Positions 44,927 through 56,077 are shown, counted from the first letter of the stretch. The stretch is 64,000 nt of DNA from a virus (IMGVR_UViG_3300010376_000034:5575-69574); one strand, 5' to 3'. A program made the numbers and translations. Notes: generated by a model not told the origin, from the sequence alone.

Positions 44927-47563
44927 TCACTGCGCAAACCAAGAAGCACCACCCATCGGCGGCAGCAGACCGGCTTCCTTGAGCATTCGATCTGCCCAGG
45001 CGCGGCTCAATCCACTCTCTCGAACCTGTTTCGTCACCATGGCGATGGCCTGGTCCCTTGTCATCTCGCCGCGTTCAATCCGGCCTTTGAGGTCCTGCCC
45101 CCGCGCTATCGGATCGGCAGCAGCGCCCTGCTGCTGTCGCGCTGCCGGGGCGGCGGGTTGCTGTTCTTGGGCCGGCTTCTCTTCGGCTTTAGCCGGAGCC
45201 GGCGCGCTGCTGCCGGTGACGGCGGTGCTGAGCCAGTTCCATAGCCGTCCGAACGCACCCGGCTGGCTTGCTCCAGGCGTTGTCGTGGTAGCTCCCGCTG
45301 CGGGCGCCTGTGGCACGTTGAAGGTCGTGCCCCATTGCTTGTTGTAGGCATCAACGATGTCGTGTGCCTTCTGATCGCGATCGGGATCGTCCTTGATCCC
45401 GTCCAGCTGTTTCTGCAGCTGGCGCATGTGGAAGCGGTTGGTGGCCTCGACCTGGCCGGGCGCCCCGCGCCCTCCGGCCTGCCGATCTTGCTTCTCCTGA
45501 ATCTGCCGTAGCCGCTCGCGCTGGTACTCGGTCATCGGCTTGCCCGTCGCCTTGGGCGAGGCGATACCGGTATCAATGAGCTTGTTGCCAACCCGGTAAT
45601 GCAGCTTCTTGCCATCGTCGATCAGCTGCGGCTTCTGATCCAGCAGGTCCTCCTTGCGCTGGCGCTCGGCCGCCCCGCTCATCGCTGCCATGCCGGCCGC
45701 AACTCCCGGGCCAAGATAGGGACTACGATTGCTCAGCAATCCCATGCCGAGATTCCACAGCGGGTTATTCGCTAGACGTTGGGAGAAGGTCGGCGCAGGC
45801 CGCCCCAGTCCCGGTATCTGACGCACGCCATAGCCGCCACCGCCGCGCTGGGTGAGACCAGCTTGAGCGCGTGCCGTGCGCTCCCCCTCGGTCAAGCGTC
45901 CAGTCTCTGCCTCACTCGGCGTAGGGATACCGCCGGGCTCGTGCTCGCCTTCATCGGGTGTGTAGCCAGCTGCCGGGGGCCGCGGCGTGGGCGTGGGGAT
46001 ATTCCCCACGTCGGGCCCAGGCCCGGCGGCAACCATCTGCTGAGCAACGGGCGTCGTCCAACTCCCGCCACCCGTGGTCTCGGGCTCATCATCATCGTCG
46101 TCGTCTACGCTGTCGCCATCCGCGTAGCGCTTCACCGCACCACCCTCTTTGAGAAGCGCAAACAATGGCGCCGCCTTTACCGCCAGCTTGGCGACGCTAC
46201 CGATAGTGCTGGCGAGGTCGGTTCCGGGTTGCTGCTGAGTGCCCTTTGCCGCGCGCATCTGTTTCTGAATCCAGTCGCCAGCATCGGGTGGGCCGCCTTT
46301 GTATTGCGGTATGCTCAGGGGAGTGAGGCCAAGTCTTGTGCGGTCGGGATTGTCCACGTCGCCATATCCCGTGTTGCTGCCATAGCCGCCGCTCAGGTCC
46401 ATAGTCGGGCCCATGCCACCGCCGCCGACGCTACCGGTCGTAGTGATCGCCGGCGAACCGCCCGTCAGGTCGATGTTCGTGCTGCCACCACTCTGGCGCC
46501 GCATGGGAAGGCGCCGGCCAAGCGTGCCGGGTTGATTCTGTATTGTCCGAATCAGGCCGCCACCTCTCAGCATGACAGGGACGAGCCCACCGACCTGCCT
46601 GCGTACAAAGACCGGGCCACCCACGAAGCGTCGGGGAACGATGATAGGCACCAGCCCACCCCGCGCGAGTGCCGGGACCGGACCGCCGTGCTTGCCGGCG
46701 AATGCCGAACCGAGACCGGCGATTGCCGATGCGATGCCGGCGGCCTGGCCGAGAACATTGGGAGGAGGCGGTGTTGTGTAGCCCTGAGCAAAACTTCCCG
46801 TTAACGGCGCAACACCGCCCAGGATGGAGCCGTACCAGTTGGCGGTCTGGAACGGGTAGGCCGACGCCATCATCGCGTTCTGTTGCGCGACGTCGAGTTC
46901 CTTCTGCGCCTGCGCCTGTTGCTGCGCGCCCCATCCCATCAGCGCGCCGGCGCCCTGCATCTCCGCCATCGGCGCGCCAAGCTCAGCCTGCGCCCCAGCC
47001 AGGCCCATCTGCTTGAGTTGGTTGTATTCATTGAGCGCTTGCGTGTAGCCGGCCTGGCGCAGCCCGGCGATCACCGGCGCCTGTGCCAGCTGCTGCTGTC
47101 CCGCGAGTTGCGCCTCCGCGATGCCCGCACGATCGCCACCAAAGGCGTTGCCAGTGCGGATCGCCTGGCTCATCAAGTCGGTGCCTTGGATGGCGTTTTG
47201 ATTGTTAAACCAGTCCTGGGTCGCCTGAACGACGTCTTGCGTGTACGGACTTTCGATCGCGCGCACCTGCGTGGGATCGAAGGTGCCCAGGTTCTGGCCG
47301 ACGTTCATCAGGTTGGTGACGGCGCCCGGCATCAAGCCCATTGCGTCCGTCATGAACTGGCCGGCCTGGAACTCGGTCGGATTGAGCGGCGCAACAGACC
47401 CCAGCATCGCCGGATTGAACGGCGTCTGTGACAGGTTGGAAGCGTTGGCGAGGAAGTTCTGGTAGTAGGGCATGGCGACGGAGCTAGGCGACGTCGCCGA
47501 CTGGTACGCCGTCGAAGTTTGGTTCGGGACCGGAGGGCTGCCGCTCTTAGTGCACATCCTCAC
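44927..47563 (-). CDS. Ejection / DNA-transfer protein
   Basis: N-terminal QTSTAYQ..AMPYYQ..VAPLNP, NAFGGDRAGIAEA; Gln/Gly-rich. Confidence 0.65.
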   Translation of the reverse strand: MRMCTKSGSPPVPNQTSTAYQSATSPSSVAMPYYQNFLANASNLSQTPFNPAMLGSVAPLNPTEFQAGQFMTDAMGLMPGAVTNLMNVGQNLGTFDPTQVRAIESPYTQDVVQATQDWFNNQNAIQGTDLMSQAIRTGNAFGGDRAGIAEAQLAGQQQLAQAPVIAGLRQAGYTQALNEYNQLKQMGLAGAQAELGAPMAEMQGAGALMGWGAQQQAQAQKELDVAQQNAMMASAYPFQTANWYGSILGGVAPLTGSFAQGYTTPPPPNVLGQAAGIASAIAGLGSAFAGKHGGPVPALARGGLVPIIVPRRFVGGPVFVRRQVGGLVPVMLRGGGLIRTIQNQPGTLGRRLPMRRQSGGSTNIDLTGGSPAITTTGSVGGGGMGPTMDLSGGYGSNTGYGDVDNPDRTRLGLTPLSIPQYKGGPPDAGDWIQKQMRAAKGTQQQPGTDLASTIGSVAKLAVKAAPLFALLKEGGAVKRYADGDSVDDDDDDEPETTGGGSWTTPVAQQMVAAGPGPDVGNIPTPTPRPPAAGYTPDEGEHEPGGIPTPSEAETGRLTEGERTARAQAGLTQRGGGGYGVRQIPGLGRPAPTFSQRLANNPLWNLGMGLLSNRSPYLGPGVAAGMAAMSGAAERQRKEDLLDQKPQLIDDGKKLHYRVGNKLIDTGIASPKATGKPMTEYQRERLRQIQEKQDRQAGGRGAPGQVEATNRFHMRQLQKQLDGIKDDPDRDQKAHDIVDAYNKQWGTTFNVPQAPAAGATTTTPGASQPGAFGRLWNWLSTAVTGSSAPAPAKAEEKPAQEQQPAAPAARQQQGAAADPIARGQDLKGRIERGEMTRDQAIAMVTKQVRESGLSRAWADRMLKEAGLLPPMGGASWFAQ

Positions 47564-48218
47564 GCTCCCGCTGCGCTCGCCTACTCTCGCGAATGATGGT
47601 CTCGACTATTGGGCGAACCTTCTGGTCCTCTACCGGCACCCCCTTGTTCTTGCCATTCTGTTCGTCAATGCGCCGCATCTCTGCGGCCATCTTGTCCGCC
47701 TGCAGCGGAGGAAACCCGTACATGAAGTAAGCGCCGATGCAGGCCATGTGCCTGGCGTAGAGTCGTATCTTGGATTCCGTGCGATCAAAACTGTTGATCC
47801 CGACCTGCAGCGGCAGGAAGTAGCCGTCGGCCTTGAACATCTCGTGTGTCCACTTGGCTTGCTCGATCAACTTGCGGCCATACTCCGTGCGCCGGTAATC
47901 GGGGTGCACGTAGTTCCATCTCTCCAGTAGATACTCGTCGTCCGAGTACCAGTCACATGTGATGACCATGCCCAGCGTAGCCACGACGCCGATAGAATCG
48001 TCGATGCAGAAGATAATGCCGCCTTTACGCTCGGTCGCCCAGCGGATTCCAGCGAGGACCTTCTCCCGGTTGAGCCCGAACATGCCGTTCTCGGCATGCA
48101 ACATCATCAACAGGCTCAGCAGCTGCCACTCATCGTCCTTGGTCGCGAGGCGCACACCCGGGACGCCATGCTTCAAGCCAGGGTCGAAGAACACACGCTT
48201 CGGATGAACGACTGTCAT
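47547..48218 (-). CDS. GNAT-fold acetyltransferase-like virion-module protein
   Basis: YVHPDYRRTEYGRKLI resembles GNAT motif A. Confidence 0.6.
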   Translation of the reverse strand: MTVVHPKRVFFDPGLKHGVPGVRLATKDDEWQLLSLLMMLHAENGMFGLNREKVLAGIRWATERKGGIIFCIDDSIGVVATLGMVITCDWYSDDEYLLERWNYVHPDYRRTEYGRKLIEQAKWTHEMFKADGYFLPLQVGINSFDRTESKIRLYARHMACIGAYFMYGFPPLQADKMAAEMRRIDEQNGKNKGVPVEDQKVRPIVETIIRESRRAQREREDVH

Positions 48219-51200
48219 TTCACCGGCCCCGGTAACTCTTTCAGGTGTTGCACCGTTTGCTTGCGCACCCGGTTGACGGACTCGGCAAGCATATTCTTAC
48301 CCGCCTCCGCATCGCCCTGGCCCAGCGCCTCGACAATCTCCGGGTCGATGATTAGCTCGCCACCGGCGGTGATGATCGGCGTGTAGTCGCCCTTGTCGCT
48401 GTAGGTCGTCTCGCCTCCATCCGCGAAGCCAACGAACGCTCCTCTGCCGATTCCCGTCTTCGGATTGAGGCCGGGACTCGGCATGCGCAGGGATGGCGTC
48501 TTCATCGTGCGCGCCTTGATCGCATTCTGTATTCCCATCGGGCCGATCGAATGCGAGATGGCTTGGCCCCACATCCTGGCGCCGGCGTGGGTATTGCCCT
48601 GGCCTAGCCCACTCACAACATCCGCGGGCATGACGTAAGAGCCGGTGCGCGCACGCATGGGAATGCGATCGACGCGCCCAGGCACATGCGAGTTGATCAG
48701 ATGCACGCCAGGGGCGCGGCCCATCACCGCGCTCTCGGCAGCGCGCGTGTTGATGCCGCCAAAGTGCGCCTGCTTGAATGCGGTGTTCATTTCCGAGATG
48801 CCCAGCTTGGGCGTGGTCATGCCGCCACGTTGCAGCTGGATGAGACCACCAGTCGCCTGGCGCAATATCCTTGCCAGCGGCATGTCGCCTTGCTCTGGCG
48901 GAGGTTGCCCGCGAGTATCTTCGATGTTCGTCGACCGGGGTTGCCCAGCTAGGAAGTTTTCCCATTGCGGGGGCTTGATACGCAGCGGCGCGGGGTAGTT
49001 CCGTAGCTCACTCGGTATGCGATTCGTGGCACGATCATAGTATTCCGACAGAGGGCGAGGTGGATCGTAAAGCGGTTGCTGCGGTCGCAGCGAATGCCTC
49101 GCCCTTTCAAGTTGTTCGTCGGTCGGCACCGGCAGCATCTCGCCGCCGCGCTCGTAGTAGCCCGGCAGGTCAACGAGGCCGCCCTGCGCCATCATCCCCA
49201 TGCGGCCCATGCCCATGCCGCCCATGCCCATGCCGCGGCCGCCGCCCATCATCAGCGCTTGGCCCAGCGATGGCTGCTGCGGCGGAGGAGGATTCGCGTC
49301 ACCCTGACTCCAGCCGACGTCCGCCATCATCATGGATAGTTGCTCAGGCGAGAAGATCGACGCCAGCATCGTGCCCAGCTGCGGATTCTGTTGCATCATC
49401 GCAGCGAACTGGGAGGGGTTGCGTCGCATCGCCAGCTGCACTTGCTGGGCTACGGCCTGGTCGCCACCGAAATAGGATGGGTTCGCGAGCGCCGCCATCA
49501 TCGTGCTCGGTTGCGGCACGAGGCCGGCCGTTGGCGGTGCCGGCCCGGCAGGAGGCGGCGCAGCAGCTGGTGGCGCAGCTGACGGAGGCGCAGGGGGCGG
49601 CACGGCAGGAGGCGGTGTCGGTGGTGCAACAACAGGCGGTGGCGCAGGTGGCGTGATCGGCGGTTGTTCGACAGGCGGTGGTGTCACCTGATCACCTGGA
49701 CGCTCAGGCCGCTCAGGACCAATCTCGATAGGTCCCGTTGGAGGAGGCGGTACGGCCGACGTGAAGGGCGGCTCCTCATACGCAGATGGATCATACGGGT
49801 AACGATCCCGTCCCATGCCGGCACCGAGTTCTTCTGGTGTTGGCGGAACTGCACTTGGCACATAGACACCAGGCCCCTCTTGCCCCGGCTGGAGAATCGT
49901 TGGCTCGCGTCCAGATGGTAATCCCGATTGCGTTCCAGGGGCACCCGGTACAGGCGTGGTGCCAGGTGCAAAGAGCGGCGGCGCCGGCTCAGGCGGCACA
50001 GCCGCTGGTCCCATTTGCGTTCCAGTTGGACCGGCGACGCTGACGCCAGGCTCGGAGCCAGGCGGCGTGCCTGCCGCTCCCAGCTGCGGTCCAGCGATCG
50101 GCGGTGTCTCTGATGGCGGTGCTGCCGGCGGCATGTAAACGCCGTAGGGGCCAGGCTGAGCCGCGTAAGGCACGGCTCCAGTATAGGGCGTGACACCTCC
50201 AGGCACCGCCGGCATAGCCACTGTGGTCGGCTGTGCCGCACGCGCGGCATCCAATGCTGCCTGAAAACGATCTAATCGGGCGGCCTCATCGGGATGCGAT
50301 TGCAAGTAGTTTCTGACCGTATCGGCACTGTAGCCGCTTTGCTTGACGGCACGATCGAACGCCGTCTCTCTCCCGCTAACCAGGTTGGCTTTGTCTTGCG
50401 CGCTGAGCCCCTTGAGAGTGTCTGCGAGCGCTTGCTGGTCAGCTTTCGACAGGTTTCGCACTCCCTGATCGAAACTTCTTGCTGCATTCTGTACACGCTC
50501 GCCGCTAGTCACCGGCCGTGCTTGCTCGGGGAACGTACCTGGTCGACCGGCTTGCTGTTGCGCTGCCCAATCCCGCATAGCCGCAGATGGCTCTGACGGC
50601 GGTGGCGGCGCTTCTGGCGGTCGCTCGCCCGCTTGCGTACCGGGTGCTCCCGGAACGCCAGCTGCACTAGGCGGCGCGCCCTCCGGGATCGGAGTAAGGC
50701 CAGGCTGCGCCGTCGTTCCAGCCGGCGGTGCACCTGGAGTGAAGCCACCACGTGTCTCACCGGCCTGCGTACCGGGCGCGCCAGGTCCCGCCGGCGTGAC
50801 GTCACCCGCGCGACCGAGACTCGGCTCTCGTAACGCCTCGCCACCCATCTCCGGCGGTGTCGGTTCGACCGCAGGACGTTCAACGAGACCTGCTTGCGTG
50901 CCAGGAGCACCGCCGCCTCTCGGGGTGACGTCACCCCATCCGCCCGGCCCTGCCGGAAGGGGCTCTCCCGGGACCGCTGGCGGCGCCAAAGGAGCACCTC
51001 GCTCGACGACGCCCGGGGCGCCGCCCGGAATGCCAGGAGGCGCCGGTTCTCTGCCACCGAAAGGCGGAAGCACCTCTCGACCTGCTTGCGTCCCAGCTGC
51101 GCCTGGCCCGCGTGGCGTGACATCGCCTGCGCGTCCAACACCAGGAGCCGCTGGCTGCGGAGCCATGGGCGTTCCCGGCATGACCTGTCCAAGCGGGATA

Positions 51201-54200
51201 ACTCCAGCTGGACCGGTAACCGCCCTGCCAGGTGCGCGCTCGCCTGATGGTCCGCCGACTAATCCAGGGCGAACAGTCTCGGGGGCTGGCATGGCACCGA
51301 TCGGCGGGACCACCTGCAGTCCTGCCGTCGGCTGCGCGGGCATGGGCGTCCCGGGCATGATCTGACCAGGAGGGATCGCCCCGGCCGGCCCAATGACTGC
51401 CCCCGGAGCCTGCATCGGAGGCGCCACCTCGCGGCCCGCCTGCGTACCAGGAGCGCCAGTAACAGTCACACCAGGCTCAGAACCAGGCGGTGTGCCAGCC
51501 CGCCCCAGTTGCGGTGCAACAACTGCCGCCGGCGGCACCCCTTGGATCATCGGCTCGGTGCCAGGAACTGGCGGGATGACGCCCCGGCCGCCCGCGAGCG
51601 CGGCTCTGTTCTCTGCCCAGCCAGTCGGCGTAGTCGGTACGTCGCCGTGGGCTACTGGTGGTGGTGTGGGCTCTGCGCCAGGTGCGCCCGTATAGACCGC
51701 CCATCGGGAGGGGCGCTCTCCGGGCATTTGAATGTGCGCCGGATCATTTTGACCAAGCAAACCCAACCCAAGTCCCGGAGCAATGCTCCGCATAACCTCG
51801 ATGGCTTGATCGCGCGACATCCCCTGCGGGGCGCCCTCGATCCTTATGTCCGCGCCGGCTCCCGTGGTGTGATAAGAATTTCTAGTCCAGGTGACCTTGG
51901 CGCCACCCGTTGTTCGTCCTTGCTTATAAAGCTGGTCCTGGCGCGACTGCGGCCGGTAACCTTCGTTGAGCGTTGCCCGAATACCGCGCTTCTCAAGCTC
52001 GGTTAGGAGTTGATCGACGCGCGAGGCAAACTCGGGCCGCAGATGCGATAGATCACTGTCAACATTCGGGCCGTAGTTATCGTCCTTGACGGGCACCGAA
52101 CCAGGCGGCAGCGGGGCCGCTTGCCGATCAACATTGCGCTGCTGATATTGCTGAGTGGATTGTTGTTGCTGCTGTGTTTGCTGTTCTGTGGGACCCAGCG
52201 CCACCTTGCCCGCGCGCCCACCTGCCTGCGGCGGCCGCATAAGCTGAGCGAGTTTGCGTTCCAACGCCCCTTTATTCTGGCCGACATCGCGCGGTTGCTC
52301 ATCGAACTGAAAGTCTTTGGCATCTACGGGTTCTTTCCCCGCCGTACCTTTCGGGCCGGCACCTCTCTGCGGAACATCGACGTGATAAGTCTGTCCGGGC
52401 TGGTCAAAGAGGCCGCGCTTGCCTACGTCCTCCTGGACAAACGGTACGTTCTCGCGAATGACGTTTCCGTTCTTGTCGGTCAACGTCATCGTGCCTGTGC
52501 GGCCTAACGCTGCGCGCGGGCCAGCAACACCGACGTATGACGAACGACCCGCCAGATAATCATTGACGTCCTTGACCCTCTGATCGATGGCGTTCTTTTG
52601 GCCGCCTTCGCCCTTCGCTCTGCTGGCCGGATCGTATTTGGTAATAAGAGGATTCTCTCGCGTCGACCTGCTGGCTTGCTCGGCAACGATCTTCTCGTCC
52701 TCGCTCAAAGTCTCTTTTCTTGCTGCGGCCCTTGCCGCCGAAGCCCTTGCAGCTGCCCTGGTTCTCGCTTCCGCCGGCGAGACAGGTGATACCGCTGCTG
52801 CCGCCGCTTGCAATGCAGCGAGCGCGCGCTCACCGATGCTCTGCGCACCGGGAGGCGCCGGCGGCGCGGTCGGCGGCGGCGTAGGTCCTCCGCCCGGAGG
52901 CGCCGGCGGAAGTTTCTCGGCCCGCTGACTCGGGGGAAGCTCGGGCGCACCGGGAGGACCGGGCGCACCCGGCTCGCGCCTCGCTTGCCTACCGGCCGCG
53001 ATCGCCTCGCGCGTGGTCGGCTCGGTGGTCGGAACAGGAGCCGCGGCTGTCGGCGCCGTCGCTGGTGCCAACCCCGGAGTTGGCCCGGTCACGGGCGCGC
53101 GCTGCTGGGTCAGACCTCGTTGGCGCTCCTTCTCTTTCTCCTGGTCCGATGGCGGTGGCGGCGGTACGCGCAGCAACTCCGACGTTCCCGGCTCGGTTGG
53201 AGGCGCCGGCTGCATCTGCGGCCCCAGACCAGGCGTCATCAGATCGCCCGGCGAGATTCCAACCCCCGGACCCATCACCGGTCCCGTCCCCCACGGCGCG
53301 ACTGGTATCATCCCCGGTCCAACAACCGGCGGCCCAGGCGTTATGGTCCCGCGCTGATCGCCGCCAGGTCCCACACGCTCTCCGCCGAGAGGAGCTACGG
53401 GAGGAGGCTCGAATATCTGCGGACCAGGACCTTGCGGCGGACCAAAAGGCTGCAGCCCTGGCCCGGTCGGCGCCACTACGTTTGGTGGGCCCGGCTCGGT
53501 TGTCGGCGAAGGCACGAGCACATCGCGAGCGCCCGTGGGGACATCCGGCGCAGCAGTACGCGCTCCGCCTATGGGCCCTGTGGGCGGCGCTGAAGTCATG
53601 CTCCCCGGCTCGAAGACGTCGGTCCGCGTCCCATCGGGACTCGGCGCCACCGGCTGTACGCCAGGCTGTGCGAGGTTTGGACCTTGCGCGGCCGCGTTGG
53701 GCGGCTGCGTCGTGTCCGGCGTGACCGGCGTCGCCGGCCCGGTCGATACCGATGGCGGCTCCTGCACATCGGGCTCTGTCGTACCGGACGGCGCCTGCGC
53801 ACCGGGTTGCCCAGTCGGACCCGTCGCGAAGTTCTCCAGGGTGGAAGGGGCAGCGGGTTGACCGGGGGCCGCACCGGCACCAGGGGGCGCAACGGTGCCG
53901 CTTGGATTGATGATCCTTTCCATATCATTGCCGGCCGAACCCGCACCGGTAGTGATCGTGGCGTTGGGGTCAGCCGCACCTGCCGCAATCTCTATCTTCG
54001 CCGCATTCGGATCAGAGGTGCCGCCCATGAAGGCGAGCGAACCAGGAGACAGCGCCGCGCCGCCGCCGCTCGGATCGGTTTGCGAGGCGAGATAGGCTTG
54101 GCTCGGGAAGCCTTCCGGCGTGAGCGCAGCAGGACCTCCGCCACGCTCCCTGTCGCTTCTGTCTCCACCATAAAGATCGCCGCCCGCCGGCGTCACATAG

Positions 54201-56077
54201 TCGCCATACGGCCCAAGCCCGCCAGGCAAGCCGCCGAGACCGACGGTCAGGTCTCCGCCACCCGGGATTCCACCAGCGCCACCTATCGGCGAGACGATGG
54301 CACCGCCGCCGGTATCACTGGTCGACGGCGCAAAGTTCTGGTCGAGAGACGCAACCTGCGTTCCCCCACCGGTCAGGTCCGGCTGCCCACCCCCCATCAG
54401 CATGTCCATCGTGTCGGGGCTGACGGTCTGGTCGGCGGCGGTGACGTTGGTCAAGCCAGCAACCGGGCCCCGGTCGGCAGCACTCGGAACGGTGATGTCA
54501 CTTGGGAGCGTCTGGTCGCCGCCGGGCATCGTGAAGTCGCCGGCAAACTGATCGCTGGGCGCGGCGGTATCGAACGCGCTGCCCAGGCCGGCCGCGGCCG
54601 GACCAAATTCGTTGATGACGTCCTGCGGGCTGCCTGTGACTATAAAAATGCCTTGACCGGGCGGGGAAGGCGCGGGGACGTTCTGCATCGTCCCGCCGCC
54701 GAAGGTGCCGAAGAAACCTGATGTCGAAGTGCCCAGCGCTGCGGCGGCCGCCGCCATTTCGGCGAGCGTTGATTGCCCGACCATGCTGGCCATCTGCGCC
54801 GTCACCGCAGGCACCGAAGCCTGCGGTGCATTCAAGATGGCATTGGCCGCAGCGGCATTCGCCAGGCCAAGATTCGACGTCCCCAACTCGACGGAGGACT
54901 CCGCCGGGCCCACGGCAAAGCCTTGGGCGGCATTGAGCGCCGATGCGCTCGACTGACTGATCACGCCAGACGGCTCAAAATCCGCCACGCCCATCTCCGG
55001 GCCCGTAGCTGTGCCAAAGGCGCCAGGGCCTGGACCAGGATTGGCACTAGGGCTGAAGGTGCCCCCGGGAATGCCGCTAGGACTCATGCTGAGCCCGGAG
55101 CTAAGACCGAAACTCGGGCCCTGGTTCTGGCTCTGATCCTGACTCATGCCGACGGCCGTTGGGCCGATGTCGAAACTGCCCATGCCGGCAAGGCCCACGC
55201 TGCCCACATCCAAGCCGCCCATGCTGAAGCCGCCGCCGACAGACGGAGCGCCGCCAGCCATCGCAAAACCACCAACGTCGGACGCTTGGCCGCCAAAGCC
55301 GAAACCGCCGCTCTCACCGGAGGGGGCACCGCCGCCTACGTCGCCAGGTGCGCCAGCAAAATCAGCAGCGGATGGTGCACCGCCCATATCAGGGCCGGAC
55401 GGTGCGCCACCCATCTCAGGGCCGCCGGATGGTGCGCCGCCACCGGGAGGGGCAGACCCGCCGCCAGCGGCAGCCCCGCCGCAACCGGCACAGGCCCCGC
55501 CGGTACAGCCGCAGCCGCTGCCACAGGAACAGCCGCAGCCGGTCGCACCGCTGGCACCGCAGGCACAGGCGCCACCACATTGGCCGCCACAGGAGCAACC
55601 GCAGGCACCTTCGCCACACGAACAGCTACAGCCGCCAGGTCCGCAGCCGCCTTGTCCACCACCCGGGCCGCCGCCTTCATCACCGCAGCCACCGCAACCA
55701 CCACAGCCCCCACAACCGCCGCAGCCACCACAGCCACCAAGATCGGGGCGGGGGCGGTCGCGCGGGTAAAACAGATCGAGCGCGAATGCTTGTCTGTAGC
55801 CGCGGTCAATCACACCCCAATCGGCACCGTCGGGAATGAATCGGTTTTTCATCGTCCGCGGCGAACGGAAATACGCCCGGCTGGCAATGCGATTCGCCCA
55901 CTCCCTGCGAAAAGCGAACTCGATTTCATAAAACAGTTTGTTCTTGTACCGCCGCTGTCTCGCGGCAGCCTTGTAGCTCTCCGGCATTTCGTGTTCGTTG
56001 CGCAGGAAAAACGCGGGTATCGGCTCATCCTCGCAAGCCGGTCGCTTTGTGCGCTTTTTCTTCATCGCGCTAGCCAC
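48215..56077 (-). CDS. Giant (2620 aa) Pro/Gly-rich ejection-type protein with an N-terminal Cys-rich domain and an internal M15 peptidase
   Basis: Uninterrupted ORF; 23 Cys in aa 114-201; EGYRPQSRQ..SYHTTGAGAD..DPAH; C-terminal VMPADVVSGLGQG..AG and GGELII..EIV. Confidence 0.7.
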   Translation of the reverse strand: MASAMKKKRTKRPACEDEPIPAFFLRNEHEMPESYKAAARQRRYKNKLFYEIEFAFRREWANRIASRAYFRSPRTMKNRFIPDGADWGVIDRGYRQAFALDLFYPRDRPRPDLGGCGGCGGCGGCGGCGGCGDEGGGPGGGQGGCGPGGCSCSCGEGACGCSCGGQCGGACACGASGATGCGCSCGSGCGCTGGACAGCGGAAAGGGSAPPGGGAPSGGPEMGGAPSGPDMGGAPSAADFAGAPGDVGGGAPSGESGGFGFGGQASDVGGFAMAGGAPSVGGGFSMGGLDVGSVGLAGMGSFDIGPTAVGMSQDQSQNQGPSFGLSSGLSMSPSGIPGGTFSPSANPGPGPGAFGTATGPEMGVADFEPSGVISQSSASALNAAQGFAVGPAESSVELGTSNLGLANAAAANAILNAPQASVPAVTAQMASMVGQSTLAEMAAAAAALGTSTSGFFGTFGGGTMQNVPAPSPPGQGIFIVTGSPQDVINEFGPAAAGLGSAFDTAAPSDQFAGDFTMPGGDQTLPSDITVPSAADRGPVAGLTNVTAADQTVSPDTMDMLMGGGQPDLTGGGTQVASLDQNFAPSTSDTGGGAIVSPIGGAGGIPGGGDLTVGLGGLPGGLGPYGDYVTPAGGDLYGGDRSDRERGGGPAALTPEGFPSQAYLASQTDPSGGGAALSPGSLAFMGGTSDPNAAKIEIAAGAADPNATITTGAGSAGNDMERIINPSGTVAPPGAGAAPGQPAAPSTLENFATGPTGQPGAQAPSGTTEPDVQEPPSVSTGPATPVTPDTTQPPNAAAQGPNLAQPGVQPVAPSPDGTRTDVFEPGSMTSAPPTGPIGGARTAAPDVPTGARDVLVPSPTTEPGPPNVVAPTGPGLQPFGPPQGPGPQIFEPPPVAPLGGERVGPGGDQRGTITPGPPVVGPGMIPVAPWGTGPVMGPGVGISPGDLMTPGLGPQMQPAPPTEPGTSELLRVPPPPPSDQEKEKERQRGLTQQRAPVTGPTPGLAPATAPTAAAPVPTTEPTTREAIAAGRQARREPGAPGPPGAPELPPSQRAEKLPPAPPGGGPTPPPTAPPAPPGAQSIGERALAALQAAAAAVSPVSPAEARTRAAARASAARAAARKETLSEDEKIVAEQASRSTRENPLITKYDPASRAKGEGGQKNAIDQRVKDVNDYLAGRSSYVGVAGPRAALGRTGTMTLTDKNGNVIRENVPFVQEDVGKRGLFDQPGQTYHVDVPQRGAGPKGTAGKEPVDAKDFQFDEQPRDVGQNKGALERKLAQLMRPPQAGGRAGKVALGPTEQQTQQQQQSTQQYQQRNVDRQAAPLPPGSVPVKDDNYGPNVDSDLSHLRPEFASRVDQLLTELEKRGIRATLNEGYRPQSRQDQLYKQGRTTGGAKVTWTRNSYHTTGAGADIRIEGAPQGMSRDQAIEVMRSIAPGLGLGLLGQNDPAHIQMPGERPSRWAVYTGAPGAEPTPPPVAHGDVPTTPTGWAENRAALAGGRGVIPPVPGTEPMIQGVPPAAVVAPQLGRAGTPPGSEPGVTVTGAPGTQAGREVAPPMQAPGAVIGPAGAIPPGQIMPGTPMPAQPTAGLQVVPPIGAMPAPETVRPGLVGGPSGERAPGRAVTGPAGVIPLGQVMPGTPMAPQPAAPGVGRAGDVTPRGPGAAGTQAGREVLPPFGGREPAPPGIPGGAPGVVERGAPLAPPAVPGEPLPAGPGGWGDVTPRGGGAPGTQAGLVERPAVEPTPPEMGGEALREPSLGRAGDVTPAGPGAPGTQAGETRGGFTPGAPPAGTTAQPGLTPIPEGAPPSAAGVPGAPGTQAGERPPEAPPPPSEPSAAMRDWAAQQQAGRPGTFPEQARPVTSGERVQNAARSFDQGVRNLSKADQQALADTLKGLSAQDKANLVSGRETAFDRAVKQSGYSADTVRNYLQSHPDEAARLDRFQAALDAARAAQPTTVAMPAVPGGVTPYTGAVPYAAQPGPYGVYMPPAAPPSETPPIAGPQLGAAGTPPGSEPGVSVAGPTGTQMGPAAVPPEPAPPLFAPGTTPVPGAPGTQSGLPSGREPTILQPGQEGPGVYVPSAVPPTPEELGAGMGRDRYPYDPSAYEEPPFTSAVPPPPTGPIEIGPERPERPGDQVTPPPVEQPPITPPAPPPVVAPPTPPPAVPPPAPPSAAPPAAAPPPAGPAPPTAGLVPQPSTMMAALANPSYFGGDQAVAQQVQLAMRRNPSQFAAMMQQNPQLGTMLASIFSPEQLSMMMADVGWSQGDANPPPPQQPSLGQALMMGGGRGMGMGGMGMGRMGMMAQGGLVDLPGYYERGGEMLPVPTDEQLERARHSLRPQQPLYDPPRPLSEYYDRATNRIPSELRNYPAPLRIKPPQWENFLAGQPRSTNIEDTRGQPPPEQGDMPLARILRQATGGLIQLQRGGMTTPKLGISEMNTAFKQAHFGGINTRAAESAVMGRAPGVHLINSHVPGRVDRIPMRARTGSYVMPADVVSGLGQGNTHAGARMWGQAISHSIGPMGIQNAIKARTMKTPSLRMPSPGLNPKTGIGRGAFVGFADGGETTYSDKGDYTPIITAGGELIIDPEIVEALGQGDAEAGKNMLAESVNRVRKQTVQHLKELPGPVK

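Noticed and set aside
55680-55738. Cys-rich segment as a trinucleotide microsatellite or assembly artefact
   Set aside because: Gly and Cys codons vary (GGT/GGC/GGG, TGT/TGC), so the repeat is at the protein level.
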